Positions 57,146 through 64,000 of a DNA stretch of 64,000 nucleotides are shown in pieces. Both the position numbers and the translations under genes were made by a program. The notes under the pieces are model-generated. The model searched no databases, had not been told where the DNA came from, and saw only the letters and a list, made by a program, of their open reading frames with translations. Location of the stretch: the IMG/VR virus record IMGVR_UViG_3300005613_000030, positions 1 through 64,000 of that record; one strand, given 5' to 3'. The stretch's first letter is position 1. Each line of letters starts with the position of its first letter. The stretch is from a virus.

Positions 57146-58428
57146 TGAAAAAAATCATAAAAACATTAAGTGATATAAGAGATATCATTGTTAAAAACAA
57201 TGACTTTTTACAAGAAAACCCTGAAATTACAGCTGGCATTTTAAGTCAATTACAAAAAGCAATTGATGACGATGCAGATAGTTGGCTTAAAGAAAATGAT
57301 CCATCATATTCGGAAGACCAATATGACGATGACGATGACGATGAGTATGCTATTCCTGTAGATGAAGAAGGATCAGAAATGTTTGATACTGATATAGATG
57401 ATGAAGATATTGATGCAGACGATGAAGATGCTGAATATATTAGTCAAGCGCCAAAGCAGTATCAGGACATTGAATCTGAAGAGCCAACTGCTGAAGTTAA
57501 CGAACCTGTAACAGTGTCGGATAAGCCACAAGAAGAAGCGTCAGTTGATTTGCAAACGACACCTAAAAAGAAAACATCTTCTGGATACAGAGATTGGGAA
57601 CCTCAAAAACAGTATTCTGCAGAACATCAAGCGAGTATAGATGAGCACATGAAAAATGGATATTCGCACCGCGAAGCTGAAAGATTAGCCGGTGCATATC
57701 AAGGACCACATAACATTAAAGATGCCCTTAGCCATCAAGTAAAACCATCAGATATGTCTCCTAAAATGTTAGCGGAATTAAAAGAGTTAACTGGAGAATG
57801 GTTGGGGAATGCAAGACGCGTTTCATATGATAAAGCGTCTGCTGAAAAAAATCCTATTAAATATGCAAAAGGTAAAACTTTAAAAGCGCATGAAGAAGCT
57901 ATGGGTGATTATAAAACTGCATTAAAAGAATATCAAAATTCCGATGAACTGAAAAGTATGAAGATGAGAGATAGACATAAAGCAATTCAAAATTGGAAGA
58001 AAGAATACAAAGAACAAAACCCTGACTTTCATGGTAAGGCAGCAAGTGTTGCAACTGCTCATAGCACATCTAGTAATGAAGCTAGTCAAGCTAGAAAGCA
58101 ACTATTAGATGATCGATTGCATAGTATTGCAACTGCTGGGTTAAGTGATGGTGATAATCAAATGAATTTTCAAGAAGCTGCTCAACATGTGGGCGGTGGT
58201 AAAGCGGATGAGGGCTATATAGCATCGTCAATTAAAGACCCTGCTGCATCATTTGCACAAGCTAATCCTGATTATATGCAGAGTAAACAATTTAGAGATC
58301 GATTAAAAGGCGCATTACCGGAGGATGCTTTAAATAGATTGAAACATGTAGATAATGCTGCAAAGCACCAAGGTATTGAAAGACAACCAAAAATAAAGAA
58401 ACCTGGAGACGATAATGGCGAGAAGTAA
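57145..58428 (+). CDS. Acidic hypothetical protein, candidate internal head protein
   Basis: LQKA followed by a D/E-rich tract. Confidence 0.65.
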   Translation: MKKIIKTLSDIRDIIVKNNDFLQENPEITAGILSQLQKAIDDDADSWLKENDPSYSEDQYDDDDDDEYAIPVDEEGSEMFDTDIDDEDIDADDEDAEYISQAPKQYQDIESEEPTAEVNEPVTVSDKPQEEASVDLQTTPKKKTSSGYRDWEPQKQYSAEHQASIDEHMKNGYSHREAERLAGAYQGPHNIKDALSHQVKPSDMSPKMLAELKELTGEWLGNARRVSYDKASAEKNPIKYAKGKTLKAHEEAMGDYKTALKEYQNSDELKSMKMRDRHKAIQNWKKEYKEQNPDFHGKAASVATAHSTSSNEASQARKQLLDDRLHSIATAGLSDGDNQMNFQEAAQHVGGGKADEGYIASSIKDPAASFAQANPDYMQSKQFRDRLKGALPEDALNRLKHVDNAAKHQGIERQPKIKKPGDDNGEK

Positions 58429-59245
58429 AACACCAGAGCAAAGTCCTTGGCCTGCTAGATACACTAACCAAGAAGGTGATGTTAATAGATATACATCACT
58501 TCCGACTCCAACTGTGCTTAAAACTACAGCTTTATTTGGAATTCCATTGCGTAGTGCATTAACAGGTGAAGAAGTTACAGATGATGCACTACAACATTAT
58601 ATTAATGTCGCTATAGGTGAAATTGAAAGTGAATTTGATTTGTACATAAACCCCGTAGAATTCTATGATAGGTACGACTATGACGCAGAAATGTTTAGAC
58701 ATTCATTTGCCTTTCTTCAATTAAAGCATCCTAATGTGTTAGATGTTGATCAAGTTGATTTAAGTTTTAGTAATGAGCCTGATACTGAAATAGTAGAATT
58801 TCCGATGGAGTTTGTATATGTTAATCATCAAGAGGGTAATCTTCAACTCGTACCTGCATACGGTACTAGTTTTAGTGGGTTTTTATTATCTGCATTTTCT
58901 GGCGCTCAATATCATGCATTGAAAGCTACACTTCAAAACGGTGGAAAGTTCCCTGGCGGTATCTGGGTAAAATATAGATGTGGATTTAAAGAAGACGAAG
59001 TTCCAGCTGCAGTAGCAGGATTAATTGAGAGCTTGGCTGCATATAAATTACTTAGCATGTTAGGCCCAGTATTATTTCCTTTAAATTCTGTCGGTATTTC
59101 CATCGACGGAGTTAGTCAAAGTACCGGATCAATGGGACCACAATTCTTAGCAACAAGAATGGGTGATTTAGAGAAAATAATTGAAGCACAAAAGAATGCA
59201 GTTAGAGCAGCATTCCAAAGAGGCATTTTAGTGGATTTTATATAG
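58415..59245 (+). CDS. Head completion/neck (adaptor-like) protein
   Basis: LFGIPL; HYINVAI..IE..FD..I.P; YDY; VKY..GF; ISIDGVSQS; resembles Twort-like post-capsid proteins. Confidence 0.65.
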   Translation: MARSKTPEQSPWPARYTNQEGDVNRYTSLPTPTVLKTTALFGIPLRSALTGEEVTDDALQHYINVAIGEIESEFDLYINPVEFYDRYDYDAEMFRHSFAFLQLKHPNVLDVDQVDLSFSNEPDTEIVEFPMEFVYVNHQEGNLQLVPAYGTSFSGFLLSAFSGAQYHALKATLQNGGKFPGGIWVKYRCGFKEDEVPAAVAGLIESLAAYKLLSMLGPVLFPLNSVGISIDGVSQSTGSMGPQFLATRMGDLEKIIEAQKNAVRAAFQRGILVDFI

Positions 59246-59254
59246 GGTACAGAT

Positions 59255-60238
59255 ATGAAAAAGAAATTTATAGAAATAGCACCAGATGGCAAACGATCTA
59301 TTGAACCAGGTAATGAGCCATTAGATAAGCAACCTATAGAAGAGCAACAAGCTCAATCTGCATATTATAATGCTGAACAAGCTCGCGACGAAGAAAAACG
59401 AGCCGATAAGAAAAAGAAAAAAAAGCTAAACAATATTAAGAAATCAATTCTAGAAGAATGGAAATTATTGAAAGCTAAATTAAATCACGAAAAGGCAATT
59501 ATGTCTATAGGGGATGATGAAGATGAGCAAGATCAACTCGAAGGTCAACCACAAGAGGACGAGAGTGGCACAGAAAATATAGATCCACAAGCTGAAGAAG
59601 AAGCAGCAATGCAAGCTGAAGAAGAAGCAGCAATGCAAGGTGAAGAAGAAGCAGCAATGCAAGGTGAAGCAATGCAGGGTGAAGAAGAAGCAGCAATGCA
59701 GGGTGAAGAAGAAGTTCCTGATGATGTTGCTCAAGAAGCTGAAGCAGAAGGTAAAGATCCTGAGCAGTTATCTGAAGAAGATATTGAAGAAATTATGGAG
59801 CAATTAGGTTATTCTCCAGCAGAGATAGCACATGTTATACATGGACACGCTGCACCACAAGTTGACCCTAAACAGCAGCATGAATTAGCAAGCTTACAAC
59901 AAAAGAGTGACCATGCACAAGCTCAGCATGAACATGACTTAGAAGCTAAAAAACAACAAGTTGTAGCTAAGCAGCAAGAACAAGAATTTAAACTTAAAAA
60001 TGCTAATGAGATAAATGAATTAACAGTAGAGCATGAGCGACGAATGAGAGACATGGAATACGCTATGGCACGTCGTGAAAAAGAATTAGAATTAAAATAC
60101 AAAGAATTAGCGTTAAAGCAGAAATTAAATCATACAAAATCAGAATCAGATATTAAATTAAAGCATAAGCATGAAGCACACAAAGCGAAATCAGCACAAA
60201 ACGCAAAAAAGGAAGATAAAGATGTCGAAAACAAATAA
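59255..60238 (+). CDS. Acidic/coiled-coil protein with (A/G)EEEAAMQ repeats
   Basis: ORF containing an internal 24-nt repeat array. Confidence 0.7.
   Translation: MKKKFIEIAPDGKRSIEPGNEPLDKQPIEEQQAQSAYYNAEQARDEEKRADKKKKKKLNNIKKSILEEWKLLKAKLNHEKAIMSIGDDEDEQDQLEGQPQEDESGTENIDPQAEEEAAMQAEEEAAMQGEEEAAMQGEAMQGEEEAAMQGEEEVPDDVAQEAEAEGKDPEQLSEEDIEEIMEQLGYSPAEIAHVIHGHAAPQVDPKQQHELASLQQKSDHAQAQHEHDLEAKKQQVVAKQQEQEFKLKNANEINELTVEHERRMRDMEYAMARREKELELKYKELALKQKLNHTKSESDIKLKHKHEAHKAKSAQNAKKEDKDVENK
59588..59714 (+). repeat. 24-nt coding minisatellite
   Basis: Repeated gaagaagaagcagcaatgca[a/g]g[c/g]t with one truncated unit. Confidence 0.9.
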
Positions 60239-60680
60239 AAACGGCCCAGGATCTTTAGATTGGTCAGATTTGTACGCTGGTAAAGTTGGTGAGCCAGAAG
60301 ATCCACGTTCTAAACCAGTGGAGAAAGATTGTCATAAAGGTGGAGAAAAAATCACAAAAGACGATCTAAAGAAAGATGCTCAACGAATTCTTGATGGTTT
60401 TAATGTGCCAGGTAAAAAGCAACCCAATAAAGCAGAATTTGAAGCAGCTCTTAAATTAATGTACCCAGAATTAAATAAAACAGATGAAGAATGGGATCAA
60501 GTTGAGAAAAGATGGAACAACATGTTTCAGGATTGGATGAATACAGCTGCAAATGTATCAATTGATAATAAATCTGTTGAATGGGGTAATGGTAAATCAT
60601 TTAAAGAAATGCTTTCTGAAGAAGATTTAGAAAAATATCAAGAAGAAGAAAAACAATTGAATAAAAAGATTACGGAGTAG
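60222..60680 (+). CDS. Hypothetical protein
   Basis: AAGGA SD before ATG 60222. Confidence 0.65.
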   Translation: MSKTNKNGPGSLDWSDLYAGKVGEPEDPRSKPVEKDCHKGGEKITKDDLKKDAQRILDGFNVPGKKQPNKAEFEAALKLMYPELNKTDEEWDQVEKRWNNMFQDWMNTAANVSIDNKSVEWGNGKSFKEMLSEEDLEKYQEEEKQLNKKITE

Positions 60681-60858
60681 AAGAGTCAGATGATTGCTCA
60701 TTTTGAAGTATTTCATCTAATGCATTTATAGCACCTACAATTTGAGCTAATCGGGTCTCAATATCAGATAACTGTTGTTTGATACCTTTTCCAACTCTAG
60801 TTAAGGTTTCTGCTTCTTTTTGTAATTCTAATATCTTATTTTGTATTTGTGTTTTCAT
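60670..60858 (-). CDS. Small coiled-coil protein (leaderless, antisense to neighbours)
   Basis: Heptad pattern; GTATAAT-N6-ATG on the minus strand. Confidence 0.65.
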   Translation of the reverse strand: MKTQIQNKILELQKEAETLTRVGKGIKQQLSDIETRLAQIVGAINALDEILQNEQSSDSSTP

Positions 60859-60942
60859 ATAATGATTATACTTAAAAATATGATATTATAGTAGTTAAAG
60901 ATATATTTACACAACGGGTGTAAACTTAGGTTTGGGAAATTT

Positions 60943-61929
60943 ATGGCTACAAGGCAACTAATAGTAGAGAAGCGCATTCTCGCGATCCCTGCTGTACCAT
61001 TGACATTAGACGGAGATACACAATATATAGGACGCATTGACGTTGAAAAACGTTGTGAATTCCGTGTTGGCCAGATGGTTATCCTAAAATCTAGCACTCA
61101 ACCCTCAATAACACTTCAAATCAAGCGAATAATTAATCAAGATCATGTCTCTCCCTATGATCCAGTAGGTATTTACCTTGGTCCAGCAGATAAACATATT
61201 AGAGAAAGAACAGATGTATCTGCATACAGAATAGCTGATGGTGCTACATTAGAAGCAAATGAGCAAATGAGGCCAAAAGTACCTGAACAAGAAATTGAGC
61301 GGGCTACATACGAAGAAGAACCAGTAGTTGCTAGAAGATCTATATTAGTTGATAAGTGTGGTAAGCATTACACAGTCGATAATCCAGTGCCTGTTCAATT
61401 ATCAGATGGTACAATCAATATTGGGAGTGTAAATGCTGAATTAGAAGTGCAGTTATCTCACTTAGATAACTTTCCAGATGTTGGAGATATACATGATTCT
61501 GTGCGAATTGGTGATGGGGAAGATTTATTAGAGATTAACCCTGATGGCAGTATTAATGTTGTAATACAGTCATCAGCTGATATTCCAGTAATTCATAAAG
61601 AACCTAATACTTATATAGGTGGTGCTGAACAAACTGTTGCTACTTTTACTACAACTGACGACAATACTAATGTTATTAAGATCTTTGGTGAAGCTCAAAC
61701 TACGGGGACCTGGAAAATATATGCTGACACTGTTACAGCAGCGAACTTATTTGGTGTAACTAGGACATCAGCTATGCATAGAAATGCAGAAATTCACTTT
61801 GTTCAACCTGAAAGCATTCCTACTGCAGGTACAAAAGTATTAGTAACTTTTACGCCGGATTCCTATCGTGTGTGTAGAATGGGTGGATTAGCTCACTCTA
61901 CTTTTACTCGAATTGAAATGGCTAAATAG
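60943..61929 (+). CDS. Putative virion structural protein
   Basis: DNPVPV and DSVRIGDG..LEINPDGSINV motifs typical of phage fibre/structural proteins. Confidence 0.55.
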   Translation: MATRQLIVEKRILAIPAVPLTLDGDTQYIGRIDVEKRCEFRVGQMVILKSSTQPSITLQIKRIINQDHVSPYDPVGIYLGPADKHIRERTDVSAYRIADGATLEANEQMRPKVPEQEIERATYEEEPVVARRSILVDKCGKHYTVDNPVPVQLSDGTINIGSVNAELEVQLSHLDNFPDVGDIHDSVRIGDGEDLLEINPDGSINVVIQSSADIPVIHKEPNTYIGGAEQTVATFTTTDDNTNVIKIFGEAQTTGTWKIYADTVTAANLFGVTRTSAMHRNAEIHFVQPESIPTAGTKVLVTFTPDSYRVCRMGGLAHSTFTRIEMAK

Positions 61930-61937
61930 GAGATTAT

Positions 61938-62291
61938 ATGTTAGTTAAATATGTTAAGAGTGCTTTAAATGCGCATTTAGAATGTGGATTATTGGAAGAT
62001 ATTAACTTAACAGACGAGCAAAAAGATGAATTAGCTTTGATTAGTGATTTAGTTGAAGGCATTAAAAAAGAATATTTAATATTTTTACGTAAATATAAGG
62101 TTGAAAATATTAAAGATCTCTTAGAAAAGGCTAAAACTGATAAGAAATTAGAAGATAGTATTAAAAAATGGATGGATGGAATTTATTCGCGTAAAAATAA
62201 AACTATACAGAAAGCCGTTGATAACTTCAATATCAAACACAATGAATCATACGCCAAATATATGAAATCGCTATCTAATGAAAAGAAATAA
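61938..62291 (+). CDS. Hypothetical protein
   Basis: AGGAG SD. Confidence 0.65.
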   Translation: MLVKYVKSALNAHLECGLLEDINLTDEQKDELALISDLVEGIKKEYLIFLRKYKVENIKDLLEKAKTDKKLEDSIKKWMDGIYSRKNKTIQKAVDNFNIKHNESYAKYMKSLSNEKK

Positions 62292-62427
62292 GTTAACTAT
62301 CAAGTATTATTTACATCTACATTTATATATAAAAACAATTAAGGTTGCATGTGAGTTAAGGTTAAGTTAATGCTATAATTAATTTGATACGTATATCATA
62401 TATAGTAAAACATTTTTGGAGGAAACT

Positions 62428-63768
62428 ATGAATGACTTCGGGTTGCTAATTGCTTATTATAACTCAACTTTGCCAGATCTAACACTCTGCGACAACTCAC
62501 CTCATGAATTACAGGTTGATTCAAGTGGTAGACTAATTATATCTGGTAGATATTTTGAAGATTCTCAACACGTTAGTGGTGATGCTGGCTTGTTCATCAT
62601 GGGTGTTCGTGACGATGGCGTAGCATCGTCAGTAGTTTACGATACAGTTACTTTTACAGCAGTTACACCTGGTGCTGATAGTAATGCTATCGATCTAGTT
62701 TTCAATGGTAGTGATGATATTGATACCGTTGTTAATGCTTGGAACGCAGCTAATCCTAATAATCAAGTTTCTTTTTCTGGCCAAGCTGGTACTTATATAC
62801 CTACAAGTGGTACTGCAGATTTAGATGGTGGCGCAGATGATACTATTTTTACTGATGCCAACTATGACTACACCCCTTTTGCAACAGATAAATACGGTCG
62901 TTTAAAAGTTGTTGCTGATTTAGATGTAGATTTTGACTTTATATATGCTGAAGATTCTGTACATAATTCAGGTGATCTTGGCTCTTTTCAATTATCAATT
63001 AGATTAGACGATCTAACTGCTGATAATAGTGCACAACTTGCTGGAACAAATGGAGACTATCAAGGCTTTTTCACTAATGATAAAGGCGAGCTCTATGTAA
63101 AAGATTCTGATGTATTGGCTCAATTAGTAACAATAGATAGTGTATTAGATGCTATTAAAGTTGATACTGGTAATATCGATGTTAATATTGGTGATATCGA
63201 AACTTTAATTAGTGCCTTAAGTCACAGTGAAGATGATACTCACGTTAGTGGCGATAATGGAATCATGGGGTTAGCGGTTCGTAATGACGCTGATACCAGT
63301 TTAGTTGATGCTGATGGTGATTACTCTCCACTTCAGGTTAATAATGTTGGTCGTTTAAAAGTTACAGCAGTTATAGAGCCAAACGGTACTGAAGATTATG
63401 TAGTCACTGATGCACTAGCTGATGGTGGTGATGGTCTTGAAACTATTACAGCTGCTGGGACTCCTTGGGTAACAGTTGCAAGTTACGCTAATGTAGCCGG
63501 ACAATCCGCTGAAATTTATGGTTGGCAATGGGCTGCAGATGCTAATGCTGTCGCTAGATTAATTACAGACACTGATGGAACTATTAACGTATATAAAATT
63601 GATCTAAATAGCTCTGCTCAACCTGGAAAAAGTGAACATTTCGCAGATGGTGGTAACATTGAAATAGTTGGAGCCACAAACCAGATAGTTAAGTTACAAA
63701 TTAGAAAAAGAAATGCTGGTTGCGGTGATGCACAAGGTAGTGGTTCTGTCCATATAAGAAAAATGTAA
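62428..63768 (+). CDS. Putative virion fibre/decoration protein with EDxxHxSGDxG repeats
   Basis: Three EDxxHxSGD.G....R.D...DY....GRL.V-type repeats; GGAGG SD. Confidence 0.6.
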   Translation: MNDFGLLIAYYNSTLPDLTLCDNSPHELQVDSSGRLIISGRYFEDSQHVSGDAGLFIMGVRDDGVASSVVYDTVTFTAVTPGADSNAIDLVFNGSDDIDTVVNAWNAANPNNQVSFSGQAGTYIPTSGTADLDGGADDTIFTDANYDYTPFATDKYGRLKVVADLDVDFDFIYAEDSVHNSGDLGSFQLSIRLDDLTADNSAQLAGTNGDYQGFFTNDKGELYVKDSDVLAQLVTIDSVLDAIKVDTGNIDVNIGDIETLISALSHSEDDTHVSGDNGIMGLAVRNDADTSLVDADGDYSPLQVNNVGRLKVTAVIEPNGTEDYVVTDALADGGDGLETITAAGTPWVTVASYANVAGQSAEIYGWQWAADANAVARLITDTDGTINVYKIDLNSSAQPGKSEHFADGGNIEIVGATNQIVKLQIRKRNAGCGDAQGSGSVHIRKM

Positions 63769-63803
63769 TTAAGATTTTTCATATCATTTCAATAATTTAG
63801 TTT

Positions 63804-63836
63804 AAAGCCCATTCTTAGGAGTGGGCTTTTATTTTT
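63804..63836 (+). terminator. Rho-independent terminator
   Basis: AAAGCCCATTC-TTAG-GAGTGGGCTTT-TATTTTT. Confidence 0.85.
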
Positions 63837-63856
63837 AGGTTAAGTATAATTAAAAC

Positions 63857-64000
63857 ATGAATAACTATGTTATATATAGGATTTGCTTTCCAAATGGTAA
63901 ATATTATATTGGTCTCACTAAAGACTTCAAACGACGTAAAAAAGATCACTTAGCGAATCGCTTACATAAAAAGTGTGTAATTGAGCACGCATTAAGTAAA
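63857..64000 (+). CDS. GIY-YIG endonuclease, 3'-partial (absent from the ORF track; leaderless)
   Basis: MNNYVIYRICFPNGKYYIGLTKDFKRR; GTATAAT-N6-ATG. Confidence 0.8.
   Translation, partial: MNNYVIYRICFPNGKYYIGLTKDFKRRKKDHLANRLHKKCVIEHALSK

Noticed and set aside
373-61097. Minus-strand and nested ORFs from the track (e.g. 373-636, 9014-9454, 37046-37480, 46942-47358, 50642-50986, 51638-51949, 59480-59734, 60855-61097)
   Set aside because: They are shadows of well-supported genes, with no SD or promoter and no motifs. Their composition reflects the opposite or alternative frame.
1-64000. Stop-codon reassignment
   Set aside because: Long conserved genes are intact under code 11, and TAA, TAG and TGA all terminate genes at sensible positions.

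Overview
This 64 kb window is an AT-rich segment of a large lytic dsDNA tailed bacteriophage using the standard genetic code, with genes mostly on the + strand. 1-4.6 kb is a cassette of modular receptor-binding/fibre genes: shared Fn3-like stalks carrying either 46-aa-repeat beta-propeller heads or a LamG-like head. 5.5-8.5 kb is a minus-strand primase/DnaB helicase operon. 8.6-35 kb holds an intein-containing SF2 helicase, an M15 peptidase endolysin, dUTPase, a degenerate DNA MTase, GroEL, a lipoprotein ClpP, SbcC/SbcD, a RuvC-like resolvase, an exonuclease-fused DnaE, SSB, a UvsY-like protein, RecA and dCMP deaminase. 35-49.4 kb is a Twort/SPO1-like head module (TerS candidate, TerL, portal, prohead protease, scaffold, major capsid). 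Nucleotide-metabolism and probable virion genes follow. About 12 homing-endonuclease-type elements are interspersed. The most notable observations are: (1) the prohead protease C-terminus carries a 22/30-identical copy of the capsid protein's cleavage site and N-arm, fused to a zinc ribbon; (2) propeller blades with a fixed framework and two hypervariable, shuffled loops, plus a 305-bp homology arm that could allow head swapping; (3) a candidate one-protein spanin with an inner-membrane anchor, coiled coil and YadA-like beta anchor; (4) nine TATAAT-N6-ATG leaderless starts; (5) an HNH family with near-identical nuclease modules placed directly before essential genes; (6) two coding features missed by the ORF track, an ATT-initiated sbcD 5' extension and a frameshifted SemiSWEET. 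All family calls come from motif recognition by eye. No database searches were run.
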